The notes: generated by a model from the letters alone, not told the origin. Shown: positions 1 through 8,916, counted from the stretch's first letter. The stretch: DNA of 64,000 nucleotides from an uncultured Isosphaeraceae bacterium (GCA_964638815.1 CAZXBB010000319.1:8164-72163); one strand, 5' to 3'. Numbers and translations are program-made.

Positions 1-675
1 ATCCTCGGACGACTGGAGGAGCTCGCGCCGACTGCTGAGGACGGCACCTCCACGAAGCCCCCGGAAGGCTCCCCCGAGGGCGCGGAATACGACGATCTCC
101 GGCTGCGCCGTGATCACCTCGACGACTTCTCGGCGCGGTTCCTCGAATTCGACGTTCACGTCAGGCACGAGGCGGACCAGAAGCTCGACGAGGATCAGTG
201 GGCGTTCGGCGTCGGATTCACGACCGACGCCGCGATTCTCGACGGCAAACGCACCGTCGCCGGATTGCTCGACGCGCCCTTCGGCCTCTTTCGTCCCGTC
301 GGCAGCACGTGGCGGCCGCAGCACCCGCGGTTCTACTTCGGCTACGACTACGTGTCGGACTCCGACGTGGCGCGCCGCATGGCGCTGACCGACGACGACA
401 GCTTCAGCCGTCTCACGTTCCAGGCGGCGTGGCTCACGCAGGTGTTCGAGACCGTGCTGGTCCGCGTGTCGTGGGAGCTCTACTGGGAGATCGACGCTGC
501 GCAGGCGGTGAAGAACGCGAACGAGGACTTCACCTCGTTCGTCGAGATCACGGCGTCGCTCCCCGTGAACGACGAGAAGAACACGCACATCATCCTCAAG
601 TACGTGGACGGCGACCTGCCCTCCACGCTCGAGAACACGTCGGAGCTGTCGGCCGGCTTCAGCTTCACCTTCTGA
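1..675 (+). CDS. putative outer-membrane beta-barrel protein, C-terminal part (5' end upstream of window)
   Basis: Frame 1 is open from nt 1 to TGA 673-675; track ORF 265..675 is only its internal TTG-started part. It shows alternating polar/hydrophobic segments and ends ...SAGFSFTF with a C-terminal Phe, as in OM beta-barrels. Family not recognised. Confidence 0.5.
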   Translation: MLGRLEELAPTAEDGTSTKPPEGSPEGAEYDDLRLRRDHLDDFSARFLEFDVHVRHEADQKLDEDQWAFGVGFTTDAAILDGKRTVAGLLDAPFGLFRPVGSTWRPQHPRFYFGYDYVSDSDVARRMALTDDDSFSRLTFQAAWLTQVFETVLVRVSWELYWEIDAAQAVKNANEDFTSFVEITASLPVNDEKNTHIILKYVDGDLPSTLENTSELSAGFSFTF

Positions 676-740
676 GCCCGGGTAACCGACTGGAGCCCGT
701 CGTTCCGACCACCACCGGCTCGCTTCATGCATAATGCGGG

Positions 741-907
741 CCAGCAGCCCGTTGAAGAACTGGGGCGTTGCCTGAGTGCGATGCTTTTCGTCGTGGCAAG
801 GAGCCGAACCGACGCCGTATTTGGCGATACAGCGAGGTTTGGCGACGCCGTCCACGGCGGAAATGATCGTGCTCCGGCGGCGTTCCAGTTCTTCAACGGG
901 CTGCTAG
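741..907. repeat. inverted repeat pair (23-nt arms, 22/23 complementary) in the lysS upstream region
   Basis: 741-763 ccagcagcccgttgaagaactgg versus 885-907 ccagttcttcaacgggctgctag (reverse complement, one mismatch); the arms are 121 nt apart. Confidence 0.9.
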
Positions 908-910
908 GAT
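902..910 (+). promoter_or_regulatory. candidate extended -10 promoter (TGcTAGGAT) for lysS, probably giving a leaderless or near-leaderless mRNA
   Basis: TGcTAGGAT ends 9 nt before the lysS ATG (920), and there is no Shine-Dalgarno in between. The same arrangement occurs at 6839-6847. Confidence 0.4.
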
Positions 911-919
911 CACGCACTC

Positions 920-2545
920 ATGCCCACGATCACGAACACGACCCATCCGAGCACAACGACCGTGTCCACACCTGATGAGAACGCAACGGGCTGGAACGAG
1001 AACGACCCGCTCGTGCGCGCCCGGCTCGAGAAGCTCGCGCGATGGCGCGAGCAGTGGGGCATCACCGGCTATGGGCACCGCGTGGACGCGCTGGTCGCCC
1101 TCGCGGACGCCCGCGCGCTCTTCGACGAGGCTGCGCACGCAGCGTGGACGGAGGCGTCCGAAGCCGCCGCCGAAGGCGCGGCCGTGGACGACCCGCGTCC
1201 GCGCGCCGTCATCAGCGGTCGATGCGTTCAGCACCGCGCGATGGGGAGGCTCGTCTTCCTCGTGCTGCGCGACGACACGGGCGACCTCCAGGTCAGCGTC
1301 TCGAAGGCCAACGTGGACCCGCAGGGCTTCAAGCTCGCGGAGAAGCTCGACTACGGCGACATCGTGGTGGTCGAGGGACCGGTCGGGAAGACGCAGAAGG
1401 GCGAGGTGTGCATCTGGGCCGACCGTTTCGAGGTCCACGCGAAGAGCCTCGTGCCGCCGCCGGAGAAGTACCACGGGCTCACGAGTCCGGAGCTGCGCTA
1501 CCGCCACCGTTACATCGACATGTACGCGAACCCCGGGACGCTGCGGACGTTCCGCCGTCGCTCGGAGATCGTCTCGTCGATGCGCCGGTTCATGGAAGCC
1601 CGCGGCTACCTCGAGGTCGAGACGCCCATGATGCAGCCGATCGCCGGCGGAGCGGCCGCGCGCCCGTTCACGACGCACCACAACGCGCTCGACATGCCGC
1701 TCTTCCTGCGTATCGCGCCGGAGCTGTATCTCAAGCGACTCCTCGTCGGCGGGATGCCTCGCGTGTTCGAGATCAACCGGAACTTCCGCAACGAGGGCAT
1801 CGACCGCCAGCACAATCCCGAGTTCACGATGATCGAGGTGTACCAGGCGTTCGGGGACTGCTGGTCGATGCTCGAGCTGACGGAGTCGATGCTCCACCGG
1901 CTCGCGTGCGAGTCGCACGGGCACGTCGAGAACGCCGGTGGCGATGCGGCAGCGCCCGTGATTCCCTTCGGCGACATCCGCGTCGAGTACGGGCGACCGT
2001 TCGATCGCCGCGCGTACGGTGACCTCTTCGCGAGCGCGATCGGCTTCCCGATGACCGACGAGGCCGCCGTCCGCCGGCGGGCCGCGGGGATCGGGATCGA
2101 GAACCACGCGACGCTCGATCACTGGCTGCTCGTGAAGGAACTCTTCGATCGCCTGGTCGAGGAGACGATCCCGCCGCACCGGCCGACGTTCGTCACGGAC
2201 TTCCCTTCCGCCATCTCGCCGCTCACGCGTCCCCAACCGGAGCAGCCCGAGCTCGCCTTCCGCTGGGAGCTGTTCATCGCGGGCATGGAGCTTGCGAACG
2301 CCTACACGGAGCTCAACGACCCCGTCGTCCAGCGGGACAAGATGACGGCCCAGCTCGCCGGCGCCGACGACGAGGAGGCCGCGTTCCGGACGCTCGACGA
2401 GGACTTCCTCAACGCGTTACGCGTCGGCATGCCGCCGGCCGGCGGCCTCGGCATCGGCGTTGACCGGATCGTCATGCTCATGACGAACGCGGCTTCGATC
2501 CGGGACGTGATCCTGTTTCCGCTGATGCGACCCGGGGAAGGTTGA
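920..2545 (+). CDS. lysS: lysyl-tRNA synthetase, class II
   Basis: Track ORF of 541 aa with an OB-fold N-domain and class II motifs (...ELRYRHRYIDMY..., FEINRNFRNEGID..HNPEFTMIEVYQAF, ...GMPPAGGLGIGVDRIVML). Confidence 0.95.
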   Translation: MPTITNTTHPSTTTVSTPDENATGWNENDPLVRARLEKLARWREQWGITGYGHRVDALVALADARALFDEAAHAAWTEASEAAAEGAAVDDPRPRAVISGRCVQHRAMGRLVFLVLRDDTGDLQVSVSKANVDPQGFKLAEKLDYGDIVVVEGPVGKTQKGEVCIWADRFEVHAKSLVPPPEKYHGLTSPELRYRHRYIDMYANPGTLRTFRRRSEIVSSMRRFMEARGYLEVETPMMQPIAGGAAARPFTTHHNALDMPLFLRIAPELYLKRLLVGGMPRVFEINRNFRNEGIDRQHNPEFTMIEVYQAFGDCWSMLELTESMLHRLACESHGHVENAGGDAAAPVIPFGDIRVEYGRPFDRRAYGDLFASAIGFPMTDEAAVRRRAAGIGIENHATLDHWLLVKELFDRLVEETIPPHRPTFVTDFPSAISPLTRPQPEQPELAFRWELFIAGMELANAYTELNDPVVQRDKMTAQLAGADDEEAAFRTLDEDFLNALRVGMPPAGGLGIGVDRIVMLMTNAASIRDVILFPLMRPGEG

Positions 2546-2578
2546 GGGCCGGTGTCCCGGCTTCGACGCTGCGCCTTT

Positions 2579-2678
2579 GACCGCCCGCGACCGTCCGCGA
2601 CCGCCCGCGACCGCCCGCGACCGGCCGCGATTGCCCGCGATTGCCCCTGATTGCCTGCGAATGCCTGCGAATGAAGGA
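2579..2678. repeat. tandem array of ten 10-bp units that degenerates progressively into the RBS of the next gene
   Basis: Units in order: gaccgcccgc, gaccgtccgc, gaccgcccgc, gaccgcccgc, gaccggccgc, gattgcccgc, gattgcccct, gattgcctgc, gaatgcctgc, gaatgaagga. The ATG follows at 2686. Confidence 0.9.
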
Positions 2679-2685
2679 ACGATCC

Positions 2686-4209
2686 ATGCTTCGTACTTCT
2701 CCCCTGAGCTTCCGGGCGGCGTGGATAGCCCTCGTCGCCCTCTGCGCGCCGGTCGCGTTCGCGCCGGCGGCCGCCCGGGACACGGCGGCGGCGGGCGACG
2801 CCGTGTGGACGACCGTCTGGGATCACTGGTACGAGATGGACATCGATGGCGCCACGGCCGGGTGGACGCGCGAGCACGTCACTTCGCGGGCTGACGAGTA
2901 CCGCACCGCGTCGGAGATGGTCTTCCGGCTGCGACGCGGCGACGCGGAGATCGAGCTCCGGATGGAGAGTACCTTCACTGAGCGGCACGACGGCACGCCC
3001 GTGTCGCTGCACTCGATCCAGAGCATGGGGCACCAGCCCGTGTACACGCGGTGGGAGTTCCGCGACGACCACGTGCGGTCTGTCTCGAAGTCGTCCCGCG
3101 CGATCGAGAAGCGCCTGCCGCTTCCGGAGGGCACGTGGCTGACGCCGATGGCGTCCCACCGCTACCGGCTCGCGCGGATGGAGGCGGATGCCGCAAAGGT
3201 CGTCTACCGCACCATCGACGAGGAGCAGGGGCTCGAGCCCGTCACCGTGACGCACGAGCGGCAGGGGCGCGACATGGTCGAGCTCGACGGAAGGTCCGTG
3301 CCCGTGACGGTGTGGAAGACGACGAGCAGCGCGATGCCGGGGATGCACTCGATCACGCGCGTGTCCGCCGACGGTCATCTCGTGCGCGACGAGACGACGC
3401 TGCCCTTCGGGAAGGTCGTCACGCGTCTTTCGACGAAGTCGGCGGCGATGGCCGCCGGGCGCGGACCGGCGCCCGAGATGATGGTCCGGACGTTCGTCGA
3501 GGTGAACCTCCCGATTCCGCGCGTCCGGGAGACGACATCGGCGACGCTGCGCCTCCGCACCCGGGACGGGGCCATGCCGGCGCTCCCGAACGCCGGCGCG
3601 CAGCGCGTGGAGGTCGAGCCGTCGGGCTCCGTGCTGCTCCACATCGACATCACGGACAACCTGCCTGCCGATCCCGGCGACGCCGACGGGCGTCAGTACG
3701 CCGAGGCGACCACGATGATCGACGGCGACGACGCGCTCATCCGGACGCTCGCCCGCAAGGCGTGCCGCGGCGTCGGCGACGATCCGCTCGCGCGGGCGGA
3801 CGCGCTCCGCGACGCCGTGCACCGCCACATCTCGGCGAAGTCCCTCGACACCGCCTTCGCCACGGCGTCGGAGACGGCGCGGATGCGCGCCGGCGACTGC
3901 TCGGAGCACGCGGTCCTGCTCTGCGCGATGATGCGCTCCTCGGGCCTTCCCGCCCGTGTCGCCACCGGACTCGTCTATGCCGACTATTTCGGCGGCGAGA
4001 AGGACATCTTCGGATGGCACATGTGGACGCAGGCGCTCATCGACGGCCGCTGGGTCGATTTCGACGCCACGCTCGACCGGCGGTACGACGCCGCCCACGT
4101 GCTCGTCGGCACGTCGAGCCTCGCGGACGGCGTCGGCGGGATGAACATGGAGTCGATGCTGATGCTGATGGGGAACCTCCGGATCGAGGTGGTCGAGGTC
4201 GCTTACTGA
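2686..4209 (+). CDS. secreted transglutaminase-like (Cys-His-Asp core) domain protein
   Basis: Internal ATG 2686 follows gaagga and gives a signal-peptide-like N-terminus, MLRTSPLSFRAAWIALVALCAPVAFAPAAA. The C-terminal part has the transglutaminase core pattern ...GDCSEHAVLLCAMMRSSGLPARVATGLVY...GWHMWTQALIDGRWVDFDAT. Confidence 0.8.
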   Translation: MLRTSPLSFRAAWIALVALCAPVAFAPAAARDTAAAGDAVWTTVWDHWYEMDIDGATAGWTREHVTSRADEYRTASEMVFRLRRGDAEIELRMESTFTERHDGTPVSLHSIQSMGHQPVYTRWEFRDDHVRSVSKSSRAIEKRLPLPEGTWLTPMASHRYRLARMEADAAKVVYRTIDEEQGLEPVTVTHERQGRDMVELDGRSVPVTVWKTTSSAMPGMHSITRVSADGHLVRDETTLPFGKVVTRLSTKSAAMAAGRGPAPEMMVRTFVEVNLPIPRVRETTSATLRLRTRDGAMPALPNAGAQRVEVEPSGSVLLHIDITDNLPADPGDADGRQYAEATTMIDGDDALIRTLARKACRGVGDDPLARADALRDAVHRHISAKSLDTAFATASETARMRAGDCSEHAVLLCAMMRSSGLPARVATGLVYADYFGGEKDIFGWHMWTQALIDGRWVDFDATLDRRYDAAHVLVGTSSLADGVGGMNMESMLMLMGNLRIEVVEVAY

Positions 4210-4253
4210 AGCGACGGCACGACCGGCCCGCTGCGGGACCCGCGGCGTTATCG

Positions 4254-4269
4254 GCGGCCGCGCGGCCGC
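4254..4269. terminator. perfect 16-nt GC palindrome (gcggccgcgcggccgc), possible terminator hairpin after the transglutaminase-like gene
   Basis: The sequence is self-complementary. It is preceded by a second imperfect hairpin, ccgctgcggg-a-cccgcggcg (about 4228-4248). There is no U-tract. Confidence 0.3.
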
Positions 4270-4392
4270 GCAGGCCGCACAGGGCGCCGACTTCGCTCAG
4301 CCGATCGGATCCGATCGTCCAAGCCGACAACTGCTGTTCGGGCGATGGTCCGCCGCGGCCGAATCGTACTCTCGTGTAACGAGGGAACGCCT

Positions 4393-5772
4393 ATGAACCG
4401 CAGAGCTGCAACCACCTTCTCCGTCTATGGCCTGCTCGCGGCGACGGCGGCGGGCACGTTCCTGCTGCCGAAGACGCTCACGGTTCCGACGACTGCGGCC
4501 GCCGTGCCGCCCGACCTGATCCAGGTCACAGGCCCCGTGCGCGACTTCCTGTCGTCGCACCCGGACTTCGGGATCACCGAGGCGGCGCTGGCGGGCCACT
4601 ACGCGTGGAACGTCGGGCCGGTGCTCTCGCCGCGCCGGCGCCCGGTGTTCGGCGGCGGCGGGTTGCAGGTGGTCACCCAATGGCACGATCAGGACGGGAA
4701 CCTCATCGCGCCGTACGCGACGGACCCGGGCCTTCCCGGTGGTCACTTCGACGTGGACGTCTACGACGAGCTCTCGACGAGCCCCGAGCGTCACACGCAC
4801 GAGTACGACGACACATACGACGTCTCCTACATCGACATCGTGAACGATCCGAACCTCCTGTACGACAGCATCGTCGGCGCGGGCTACCCGAATGACCTGC
4901 GTGTCGAGTTCCTCAACTGCCACAACGGTGTGGGGTTCTTCACGTTCGACGCGGGGGCGGGGCACCAGATGGGCACGACGCTCGACGGATTCACGACCGT
5001 CTTCGACCCCGCGACGCTGACGCACCTGCGGGTGGACTTCGTCTCCCTCCACGGGCTTCGCGCGACCGAACCGGCGGCGGCCAAGGGGGACGTGGCCGAC
5101 CGCGACGATTCGTTCACGGTGCGATTGTTCGACACCGTCACGTCCGCGATGGTCTACGAGGTCTGTGTCTACCACCACGGTGACGGCGTGCCGGAAGCCG
5201 GCGGCGGTTCCGTATCGGGCACCGACATGTGCGGTGACGACTTCGACGACACGGCCGGCTCGTTCGGCGGCACGGGCGACGGCGGCGTGACGGACAGCGC
5301 GACCTTCGAGCAGTGGTTCAGCGACTACATGGGCACGAACCTGTCGCAACCGCTCACGCTGAACCTGATGCGCAACGCGATGGGCGTCTACGAGTACCTG
5401 ACGGATGATTTTTATCCCATCGACAACGAGCTGCTCGGCAACGAGGGCGACGATCACAATCAGTACTTCACGTACACGTTCTCGGCGTCGTTCGTGTACG
5501 AGGGGTGCGCCGACCACTTCTTCGAGTTCACGGGAAACGACGACTGCTGGGCCTACATCGACAGGCGGCGGGTCATCGACCTCGGCGGCGTCGCCAGCCC
5601 GGTGAGGCAGTACGTCGCGGTGGATCGACTCGACCTCGTGGACGGTGAGACCTACATGCTCGACTTCTTCTTCGCCCACCGCGCGGACAGCCACAATTCC
5701 GTCTTCCGCATGCGGACGACCCTTCCCCTTCATTCGGCGAAGGGCGTGCTGGCGACGAGCGGCTTCGATTGA
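4393..5772 (+). CDS. secreted fibro-slime / PA14-like domain protein
   Basis: ATG 4393 follows gagggaac and gives the signal-like N-terminus MNRRAATTFSVYGLLAATAAGTFLL. The C-terminal block YFTYTFSASFVYEG..FFEFTGNDDCWAYIDRRRVIDLGG...YMLDFFFAHRADSHNSVFRMRTTL matches my recollection of the fibro-slime (PA14-like) domain pattern. Confidence 0.7.
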   Translation: MNRRAATTFSVYGLLAATAAGTFLLPKTLTVPTTAAAVPPDLIQVTGPVRDFLSSHPDFGITEAALAGHYAWNVGPVLSPRRRPVFGGGGLQVVTQWHDQDGNLIAPYATDPGLPGGHFDVDVYDELSTSPERHTHEYDDTYDVSYIDIVNDPNLLYDSIVGAGYPNDLRVEFLNCHNGVGFFTFDAGAGHQMGTTLDGFTTVFDPATLTHLRVDFVSLHGLRATEPAAAKGDVADRDDSFTVRLFDTVTSAMVYEVCVYHHGDGVPEAGGGSVSGTDMCGDDFDDTAGSFGGTGDGGVTDSATFEQWFSDYMGTNLSQPLTLNLMRNAMGVYEYLTDDFYPIDNELLGNEGDDHNQYFTYTFSASFVYEGCADHFFEFTGNDDCWAYIDRRRVIDLGGVASPVRQYVAVDRLDLVDGETYMLDFFFAHRADSHNSVFRMRTTLPLHSAKGVLATSGFD

Positions 5773-5823
5773 GCCACGCGGTCGTGCGCGGCGCCCGCCG
5801 GCCGGTTATGCTCGGGCGCATCC

Positions 5824-6744
5824 GTGACCGACCCCACTCTTCCACCCCGCGATCCTCACGGCCACAAGGGCACCTTCGGCACCGTCGGCGTCATCGGCGG
5901 CCAGGCCGCGCCGCCGCGCGTCATGATCGGCGGCCCCGCGTTCACCGCGAGCGCCGCGTTGCGGTCGGGCGCGGGGCTCGCGGTCCTCGCGGTGCCGGAG
6001 CCGATCATGGAGGCCGCGCTCGTGATCGCGCCCGAGGCGACCGGGCTCGCGCTGCCCGTCGATCGCGGCCGCCACCTGCGGCCAAGCGCCGTCGCCGCGC
6101 TGCTCGACGACCACGCCGGCGGCTTCGATTGCCTGGCGGTCGGGCCCGGATGGGGCGACGGGCTGCCGCAGCAGCAGATCCTCGTGCGTCTTCTCGCCGA
6201 CGGCACCGTTCCGCTCGTGCTCGACGCCGACGCGATCAACGCGCTGGCGGCGCTGCGCGACGTTCAGGCCGACTTCCGCGGCGCCGCGGTGCTCACGCCC
6301 CATCCCGGCGAGTACCGCCGTCTGGCGTCGGCGCTCGGGCTCGACGCCGACCCCGCCGACCCCGCCGCGCGTCCCGCCGCGGCGGAAGCGCTCGCGCGCA
6401 GGCTCGGATGCGTGGTCGTCCTCAAGGGGGCGGCCACGGTCATCAGCGACGGGCTCCGGACGATCGTCAACGACACCGGCAACGCTGCGCTCGCCACTGC
6501 GGGCTCGGGGGACGTGCTCACGGGCGTCATCGCGGGGCTCGTCGCGCAGTTCTTCCGCGCCGGACCGGCGCCCGATGAGAGCGCGGCAGCGCTCGGCCTG
6601 TTCGACTGCGCGCGGCTCGGCGTGTGGATCCACGGCCGCGTGGCGGACCGGTGGGCGGACGCGCACGGATCGGCGGGTATGCTCGCGGGCGACATCGTCG
6701 ACGGAATCCCCGGGGTGCTGAGCGCGATGCGCGAGGCGGGGTAG
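5824..6744 (+). CDS. nnrD: ADP-dependent NAD(P)H-hydrate dehydratase (YjeF C-terminal / carbohydrate-kinase fold)
   Basis: 306 aa with a GTG start. Motifs: HKGTFGTVGVIGG, ...VGPGWG..., VLDADAINAL, LTPHPGEY, VVLKGAATVI, GNAALATAGSGDVLTGVIAGL. Confidence 0.85.
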   Translation: MTDPTLPPRDPHGHKGTFGTVGVIGGQAAPPRVMIGGPAFTASAALRSGAGLAVLAVPEPIMEAALVIAPEATGLALPVDRGRHLRPSAVAALLDDHAGGFDCLAVGPGWGDGLPQQQILVRLLADGTVPLVLDADAINALAALRDVQADFRGAAVLTPHPGEYRRLASALGLDADPADPAARPAAAEALARRLGCVVVLKGAATVISDGLRTIVNDTGNAALATAGSGDVLTGVIAGLVAQFFRAGPAPDESAAALGLFDCARLGVWIHGRVADRWADAHGSAGMLAGDIVDGIPGVLSAMREAG

Positions 6745-6838
6745 CCCGCAAGGGCAGTCATTCGCAGCCTCCGGGATTCGACGACGCAGCCGGAGCGAGA
6801 ATGACCGTGCTCCGCAAAGCCCCAGTTCTTCAGCGGGC

Positions 6839-6847
6839 TGCTAGACT
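6839..6847 (+). promoter_or_regulatory. candidate extended -10 promoter (TGcTAGACT), leaderless-type, for the YhaM-like gene
   Basis: It ends 9 nt before ATG 6857 with no SD. It is embedded in a ~65-nt block that is about 75-80 percent identical by eye to the lysS upstream region. Confidence 0.4.
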
Positions 6848-6856
6848 ACGGGTCTC

Positions 6857-7987
6857 ATGCCCAGCCAGCACATCGACCTCGCCAGGATGGAACCGAACGC
6901 CCACGTCGATGGGGTGTACAGCATGTACAACCCGCAGCTCGGCAGCACGCGCAACGGCAAACCGTTCCTGAAGTGCCTGCTGCGCGACGCGTCGGGCGAG
7001 GTGGCCGCCCGGCAATGGTCGTTCGACGAGGCGAGCTTCGCGGACCTGGCGGACGCCGGATTCGTCCGCGTCGTCGGTCACACGCAGCTCTACAACGGCC
7101 AGGTGCAGTTCATCATCGAGCAGATCAGGCCCGTCGAGGTGACCGAGGAGGAAATGGCGGCGCTGCTGCCGACCACGACGCGGGACATCGACGAGATGAT
7201 GGCCGGCGTGAAGCGCGTGCTCGGGACGCTCGAGCACCCGGCGATGCGGGCGCTCGCCGACGCGTACCTCGACGACGAGCAGCTCATGGCCGGCTTCCGC
7301 CTCGCGCCCGCGGCGATGAGCCTCCACCACGCGTGGATCGGCGGCCTGCTCGAGCACACCTGGCAGTTGCTCGAGCTCGCGGACCGCGCTCTGCCGCTCT
7401 ACCCGGAGCTGAACCGGGATCTCGTGCTGATGGGCCTCTTTCTGCACGACCTCGGCAAGACGGTCGAGCTGAGCTGGGACCAGGGCTTCAACTACACGCT
7501 CGAGGGGAACCTCGTGGGGCACGTCGTGCGCGGCGCGATCTGGCTCCAGGTGAAGGCCGCGCTCGCCGCGAAGGCGAGCGGGCACCGGCTGCCGCCTGAC
7601 GCGCTGCGCGTGCTTCAGCACATCATCGTGAGCCACCACGGCGAGCTCGAGCACGGCGCCGCGAAGCTCCCGAGCACGCCGGAGGCGATCTTCGTCTCGC
7701 AACTCGACGATCTCGACGCCAAGACGCAGCTCGCGCTGACCGCGGCCAACCGGGCCGACGCCGCGGCCGGTCGTCCGGTCGAGGGATTCACGGACAAGCT
7801 GTGGGCGCTGGGGACGCGGATCTTCCGTCCGGATCCGCTCGGGGGAATCCAGGGGGCGGACCCGGGCGAAGCCGGGATTGACGGCCCGACGGAGCGACGA
7901 AGCGACGAAGGGGTCGGGAATGCCGAGGCCCCGCCCGATACGCGTGGCGGATCCGGGCAGCCGGAGCTCTTCCGTCAGACGCGGTAG
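6857..7987 (+). CDS. OB-fold + HD-domain 3'-5' exoribonuclease, YhaM-like
   Basis: The N-terminal OB region reads ...NGKPFLKCLLRDASGEVAARQW...VVGHTQLYNGQVQFII. The HD domain reads HHAWIGGLLEHT...LFLHDLGK...IVSHHGELEHGA. The C-terminal tail is low-complexity. Confidence 0.75.
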   Translation: MPSQHIDLARMEPNAHVDGVYSMYNPQLGSTRNGKPFLKCLLRDASGEVAARQWSFDEASFADLADAGFVRVVGHTQLYNGQVQFIIEQIRPVEVTEEEMAALLPTTTRDIDEMMAGVKRVLGTLEHPAMRALADAYLDDEQLMAGFRLAPAAMSLHHAWIGGLLEHTWQLLELADRALPLYPELNRDLVLMGLFLHDLGKTVELSWDQGFNYTLEGNLVGHVVRGAIWLQVKAALAAKASGHRLPPDALRVLQHIIVSHHGELEHGAAKLPSTPEAIFVSQLDDLDAKTQLALTAANRADAAAGRPVEGFTDKLWALGTRIFRPDPLGGIQGADPGEAGIDGPTERRSDEGVGNAEAPPDTRGGSGQPELFRQTR

Positions 7988-8091
7988 GCCTTCGGGCGAA
8001 AGCCCTCCGTTGTCTACGGGCTCCGCCGCTCCGCCGCTCCGCCGCTCGCGGGCTAAGATCAGCTTCTCCCCCGCATCCCGGAGTGAATCCC

Positions 8092-8883
8092 ATGCGACAC
8101 ACGCCCCGCGTTCGTCCCCGCGTTCTCGTCGGCATCCCCGTCTATAACGAGGAGCGGTACGTCACGCCGGTGCTGCGGGAGGTGAGTCGCTACGCGGACG
8201 ACGTGCTCGTCATCGACGACGGGTCCACCGATCACACGCCGATGGAGCTCGCGCGGCATCCGGTCGAGGTGATTCGCCACGCGGAGAACCGGGGCTACGG
8301 GCGCTCCATGCAGGACATGCTGCGGTGGGCGCGGTTCGACGGATTCGACTGGCTGATCACGATGGACTGCGACGAGCAGCACGAGCCCGCCGCGATCCCA
8401 TGCTTCCTCGACGCCATGGCCGCCGGCGACGCCGACGTGGTCTCGGGAAGCCGCTACCTCGAGATGACGCGGCTCGACGACGCGCCGCCCAACGATCGAC
8501 GCCGCATCAACCGGGCGATCACCCAGGAACTCAACGATCGGCTCGGCCTTTCGATCACGGACGCCTTCTGCGGCTTCAAGGCCTACCGCGTCGCGGCGTG
8601 CGATCGTCTCTCGCTCGACGTGGACGGGTACGACTTCCCGATGCAGTTCTGGGTCCAGGCCGTCGCCCACGACCTCCGCATCACCGAGATCCCGGTGCGT
8701 CTCATCTACAACGACCCGGATCGCAGCTTCGGCGGACCGCTGGACGATCCGACCTCGCGTCTTCATCACTACCACCGGACGATGCACCGCGAGCTGAAGC
8801 GCTGTCGTCATCTGCTGGGCGCTGAAGCGCTTGCGGGGCTGGAGACGTGTCCGGCGTGCGCGACGCAGCCTTGCGACGCATGA
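8092..8883 (+). CDS. family 2 glycosyltransferase (polyprenol-phosphate sugar transferase-like)
   Basis: GT2 N-terminus VLVGIPVYNEERYV...VLVIDDGSTDHT and the DCDEQH region. ATG 8092 was chosen over the track GTG 8083 because ggag sits 8-9 nt upstream. A TAAGAT -10-like hexamer lies at 8054-8059. Confidence 0.8.
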   Translation: MRHTPRVRPRVLVGIPVYNEERYVTPVLREVSRYADDVLVIDDGSTDHTPMELARHPVEVIRHAENRGYGRSMQDMLRWARFDGFDWLITMDCDEQHEPAAIPCFLDAMAAGDADVVSGSRYLEMTRLDDAPPNDRRRINRAITQELNDRLGLSITDAFCGFKAYRVAACDRLSLDVDGYDFPMQFWVQAVAHDLRITEIPVRLIYNDPDRSFGGPLDDPTSRLHHYHRTMHRELKRCRHLLGAEALAGLETCPACATQPCDA

Positions 8884-8916
8884 TGACGTCCGGGCACGTT
8901 CGATCGGCGTGTCACG

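Noticed and set aside
741-907. Interpretation of the inverted repeat as an intact MITE or transposon.
   Set aside because: There are no flanking target-site duplications that I can see. The internal 121 nt has no second copy in the window. The yhaM-side copy shares sequence outside the would-be terminus (through the ATG), which fits a promoter module better than an element end. It is kept only as an alternative in the finding.
893-4098. Long minus-strand ORFs 893..2236 (447 aa) and 2302..4098 (598 aa). Similar cases are 8059..9990, 18921..20699, 20885..22048, 27301..29325, 39583..41256 and 59829..61874.
   Set aside because: All overlap confidently identified genes (lysS, the transglutaminase-like gene, ribosomal proteins, the kinase, the TPR gene and the HEAT-repeat gene), either antisense or in a different frame of the same strand. 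They are Arg/Pro/Gly/Ala-rich with no motifs, so they are high-GC artefacts.
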